A DNA stretch of 61,873 nt, the filler included, from Sphacelaria rigidula (lineage: Eukaryota): assembly GCA_964200075.2 (NCBI GenBank). It is 4 parts of 4 records of this genome, joined end to end, with 100 filler letters (N's around TTAATTAATTAA, not from the genome) between each part and the next. Parts side by side here need not be neighbours in the genome. Positions count along the whole stretch, not along the records: positions 46,486 to 61,873 come from CAXNAA020001771.1; 3 more parts are not named here. One strand, 5' to 3'. The first letter of the stretch is position 1, and every line of letters begins with the position of its first letter. The position numbers and the translations under genes are program-made. A model generated the notes under the pieces. It was not told where the DNA came from, did no database searches, and was given only the letters and a program-made list of their open reading frames with translations. This document shows positions 57,541 to 61,873 of the stretch, piece by piece.

Positions 57541-59003
57541 GGACAGGAATGCAAAAGCGCGGCTATTCAGCTCAATTTTGGGTCATTTTCTGTGAAAATT
57601 TTGACACAATGTACAGGACGCACGTGCGAAGACCCTATCATCACCCCCCTACATTTTTATTTTATTTTGTGGGTTATTTACAATTTCGTTCCGAAAAAAA
57701 TGTTCTGAAATGTTGAGTCGCCGATTACTCGCCGAGAAAAAATATTTAGGGGGAAGATGATGGGGTCCTCGTACGTACGTCCTGTGCATCGTCTCAAAAA
57801 ATCATAGAAAACATCCCAAAACTGAGCAGCATAATCGCGTCCTCATGTCGAAGACCGGTTCCTCCGTGGAGATGGACCTTCCAAAAAAAATGAAACACGG
57901 TTATGCTGCTCAATTTCAAGTCATTTTCCACGAATTTTTCCCACGACGTGCCTGAGGTATGTTCTAAGGGCCCTTCTTAACGAAGGGCTGCTTCTTAATG
58001 AAAGGGGTTATACCTTTTTTCACAATGCCCTCTTGACGGGGGATTGGCCCCATGACGACCGGTACCGAGTCCTATTGACAAGCAGTTTTGTGCAGATTGG
58101 AACCCAGATCTGTACGCCCGTTCAGAAATGCGGCGGGTCTGGAAGTGATCGTTAGACCAAGCAGGTCGAAGGTCTGCGTAATGCTGCAGACAAGATGCAA
58201 CAAGGCAACACAACACCTACACACCCAGCCCTGAAGAAACACGCACAGACATCCACCACTCACGCGATTAGTTTCACTGCTGGGCCTTGCTAATATACAC
58301 ACGGGAGTCTTCGTTTCACGGAAATCCGTTCTGTATTGGACGAATGGCGACCGGGTGCATGTAAAAAACAACCGAAAACGTGTCCGCTGATCGTTATGTA
58401 AGTGTGTGCTGTGCGCGCGTCTCACACAAATCATCATCTCTCAATGAGTTCTGAACAGATTTGAGCAAGGTCACGCACAACGTTCACAGCTGATGATCAG
58501 CTACGGCTCAAGCAGTGTGATTTTGGTTTGCGGGGCCACCAAGTTCCTCAGGTTCAGCTCTGATTGTCTTGGTTTGTGTGGTAAGCCTTCGCATGTGCCC
58601 CTGTCAGCGGGACATATACGTTCCCCGTCGAGGTGCACAGAAATCCCCTCCCCTCTGGAGAGGGGATTCCTGTGCACGTTGAGGTTTTTTTTTTCGGGGG
58701 GTGGTATCGCAGGGACCAATCAGCGGTCGTTTTTGAAAAAGGAGATTTTGAAAAAGGGGGCTACCCCTTCGTGAAGAAGGACCCTAGATATCCTATGGTC
58801 CCCCCTTGACTTCTTTTTTCGACGAGTTGTCGGCGCCTTTGTAGCAGGTAAAACTATTGCGGGATTTCATCACCAAAAAAACACCAGGAAAAAATGTATG
58901 TGGGCGGAAACGATAGGGGCTTCGCACATACCTCTTGTACATCGTGTCAAAATTTCATGGAAAATGACTCGAAACTGAGCAATGAAATCGCGTTTTTCTG
59001 TCC
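57541..59003. mobile_element. Degenerate foldback/MITE-like element with four alternating copies of a ~100-bp arm
   Basis: Arm GCTCAATTT..GTCATTTTC..GAAATTTTGACAC.ATGTACA..GTGCGAAG.CCCTATC is forward at ~57570 and ~57905 and inverted at ~57740-57826 and ~58890-59003. No TSD was found. Confidence 0.6.
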
Positions 59004-61419
59004 AGAATCAGTTGACTTGCTTGTAGAGTACAACAACCTCAGCCGGAACTTTGACGTTCTCTACAATTTTTTTTCACTCACTGCTCACCGGTTCGCACAC
59101 TACTACTAGACGCCTTGGCGCGCTGGAGGCCTCGTCTGCGTGCCATCTGACACTACGCGCCTACTGGACGACATGTATTGTTGTACAACCACAACTTGTC
59201 CAGCACCATTACTCTGCGGCCGCGGCACATTCGACTGTAACCGAAAAAGCGATTTTCGCCGTTTTTTCGCCCTCATTTCGCTGCACATGTCACCCTCAAC
59301 TCTCGACACTTCGCAGCTGACTACAGTGTGGTATTGCGTTTGATGAGAACTTGTTGGATCGCAGTGCTGTGTGAAGTGAAAGACGCGCGTTGATGTGCAG
59401 ATTACGATGTGTCGTAGTAGGCACAACTCGCCATGCATCACCAGTGAAAACCGGCTGAAGAAAAGTCCGCCTCTTTGGCCGCCTAGCCTGTAGCTATCAC
59501 TCAATGAATACGATAGTTTTCATCTGAAATAGGAGATTTTTGTAATTTTTTCGTAGTCGGCGATTTTCAATGATTTTTTTTCGCGTGCCGCTGCCCATCC
59601 CAACGAGCGGTCGATCCCAACGTTTGGGAGTCGGGGGATACTAGGCACCCGCTCCACATTACAACACAAAAATCGTCTCTGCTCTCAATATTGAACAACT
59701 TCCGAGTTGGTTGACAGGGGATGCTATTGATCGTTTTTGGCCTAAAACACATTTTTTTCCGCTTTAGCGCAATGAATAGGTAAAAATAAAAATAAACAAG
59801 GGTCCGGAAAGTCAGTCATTGGACTGATCGGAATTGGTTCACTCCCGCCTGTGCTATGCAGAGCTTGGTTGGGCAATTTTCGTTTTTGGGTACTTTTTTT
59901 TTATTTTGTCGTCTATAATAGTATCCGTCCTTGGCGCTTGACACTAGCGTCAATAGATATTGGGAAGAAAAGCAGATAGAGTACGGGACACAATCCTCAA
60001 TTGGTGTTGTCGGGGTGATGGGAGTGAGTATCTTGTTCATCAGGAGGTGTCATCGACCGCCACTGATCCAAAAACACAGTTTTTCGGCTCTTCGCAATAT
60101 GTAAGTAGAAATAAAAAGCAATCCCTTTCATTTGTTCCCTTGGATTATTTCAATGGAGCAAGAATACTCAAGGGTCAAAACCTGGGGCTGGGTAGTCTCA
60201 GGACCCCCGAAAACCGGTCATCCCGTAATTCGCTCAACAATCAACGCAAATTTGATCTTATTTCGGAATGTGGAGGGGATGCCGAGTATCTCCCGATCCC
60301 AAAAAATTGGGATCAAACGTTGCAGTAGAGTTTACCGGCGTTCGGCTACAAATGTTCATGGTTGATATTACTTGATTTGAGTGTGAACAACGAGAGTCGG
60401 AATTTCAGTGGGGCTGACAGTCCCGTGTGCTCCTCGCGTGCTCAGAACGCGTTTTCGTTGTAACCGGTGCCACAGGCGCCGATTTGGGGTTTACCAAGGC
60501 TGCACTTTGTCCAGGGAATGTATGTACCGCCCTTGCCCGAGGGTTCTCGGTGTGCGTTTGGTTGGGGTTGAGGTTAGGGGTAGCGATAGTTGTAAAATTG
60601 TGTCAACCATGGACATTTGTACCCCAACGCCGGTTAACCAGCCTTGAAGGTTTACTGGGATGAATGGTGGCACGCGAAAACACTCTCAAATACCCCCGAA
60701 TACGAAATATCTACGAAAATATCCCATTTCAGATGTACACTACTCTAGTCTGAAACATGCTGGAAATAGGGTATGCCACCTGTACCCACCATGTTGCTCG
60801 GAATGGCGTCTTGCGACACACGCGACCCTAGGATACATGCACAAAGCCTCAGCAGATGCACAGCGTCTCAGCAGTGGCCGCTCGTTGGCAGAAAATTTCT
60901 ACGAGTTACACCGCGTTGCAACTGAGCCAATGGATAAAAAAAAGGATAGAACCACATCATCGAATACCTGGCCGAAAATCATTGAGAAAAAATTGTCTCG
61001 AGAGCCAGGAGAGAAATTCATATTCGGGAACCCCCCTTCCCCCCCCCCCGAGCCCCTTTACAGGATGAGGTATAGACACGATAGTACGTTCGTAGCAAAA
61101 TGGACCAGAGTCCAAATCAGTCTTGTGGGAGAGGGGTTTGTGAAGTCACTGCAGCGTTTGTGCAAAGGTGATGGCTTCGCACCAAGGGGCCATGATGGCC
61201 AAGACCACCGAGGATTGTCGTTCCTCGTACCTGCGCGTCCTGGGTAAGCCATCTCTGCCTCATCACGCCTTGTATGCGACGAGTTATGAAGTCAAGCATC
61301 AGAACAGGCAGATGGTTACAGCAGGGAATAAATTGCGATTTCGTTGGCAGGTATGTTTTTTTCGCTGAGCGTGAGAGGGAAACTGGAAAACGTCGCATGT
61401 GCTCACGATGTGTGCTCGG

Positions 61420-61780
61420 GAAGCGCAGAAGACACACGGATATCCACAGCCATCGTGTAGGTACTAAAACTAGTGTACGCGAAAATTGTCAGCACATCCC
61501 TGCTACCGCTACTGTAGTTAGGATGAGAGAAAGGTGTCAGCCAACTTCTCAAGTCGTCCTTGAGAGCACGAACCATGGACCCTGCTACTGGTAGTGCCGA
61601 AACGTGACGTCGCGGTATGCTGTGGCGGCTCTTGTTGCTGTGTGGGCGGTTAAGTCGTAAATTATGCCGGGTTGCGCTGCTGAGGAGCTCGCGTCGCGAA
61701 AAATCGTTGTACGGTAGCATGTGTCATGTTCTTCACTTTGCACCGCGTTTTCGTCATCGAGGTATTTGAGGGCCGGGGCT
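61420..61780. repeat. Interspersed repeat shared with 45305-45915
   Basis: Same collinear blocks as the partner feature at 45305-45915. Confidence 0.8.
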
Positions 61781-61873
61781 GAACAGAGAGAATTCCATAG
61801 GGTTGGGTCTTGGACCAGTATCTACTGCCAGTATTCCTGTACTGGCAGTACTACTTGTACTGGCTGAGAGACC

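Noticed and set aside
60660-61247. 195-aa ORF as a stand-alone gene
   Set aside because: Mostly repeat-like sequence with no recognisable domain; at most its last ~120 bp may be an exon.

Overview
Eukaryotic, intron-rich, repeat-rich DNA, probably from a brown alga or related stramenopile (inferred from gene and repeat style, not proven). The window is four unrelated contigs (1-15401, 15502-30894, 30995-46385, 46486-61873; 15401/15393/15391/15388 bp, size-sorted) joined by 100-bp N spacers carrying a TTAATTAATTAA linker, so nothing can be inferred across the gaps. Contig 1 is a palindromic arrangement of a decayed Ty3/Gypsy retrotransposon, with 4.46-kb near-identical inverted pol arms around one very long gag and leader. 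Contig 2 has two divergent multi-exon genes. One encodes a ~1270-aa protein ending in polyproline plus eight amphipathic M-K-x-L-M-x-E-L repeats; one of its introns holds a 1755-bp hAT-like composite element (outer TIRs, perfect 8-bp TSD) built from two MITE copies enclosing an intact orphan ORF. Contig 3 holds most of a gamma-tubulin complex component 4 (GCP4) gene with an in-frame ~370-aa insertion matching the legume (L-type) lectin fold, plus an RTE-like LINE relic. Contig 4 is mostly repeats, including a Mutator-like foldback with a 9-bp TSD, SINE heads and a few isolated exons. The best candidates for novelty are the lectin-domain GCP4, the cargo-carrying composite hAT element and the repeat-tailed putative actin regulator.
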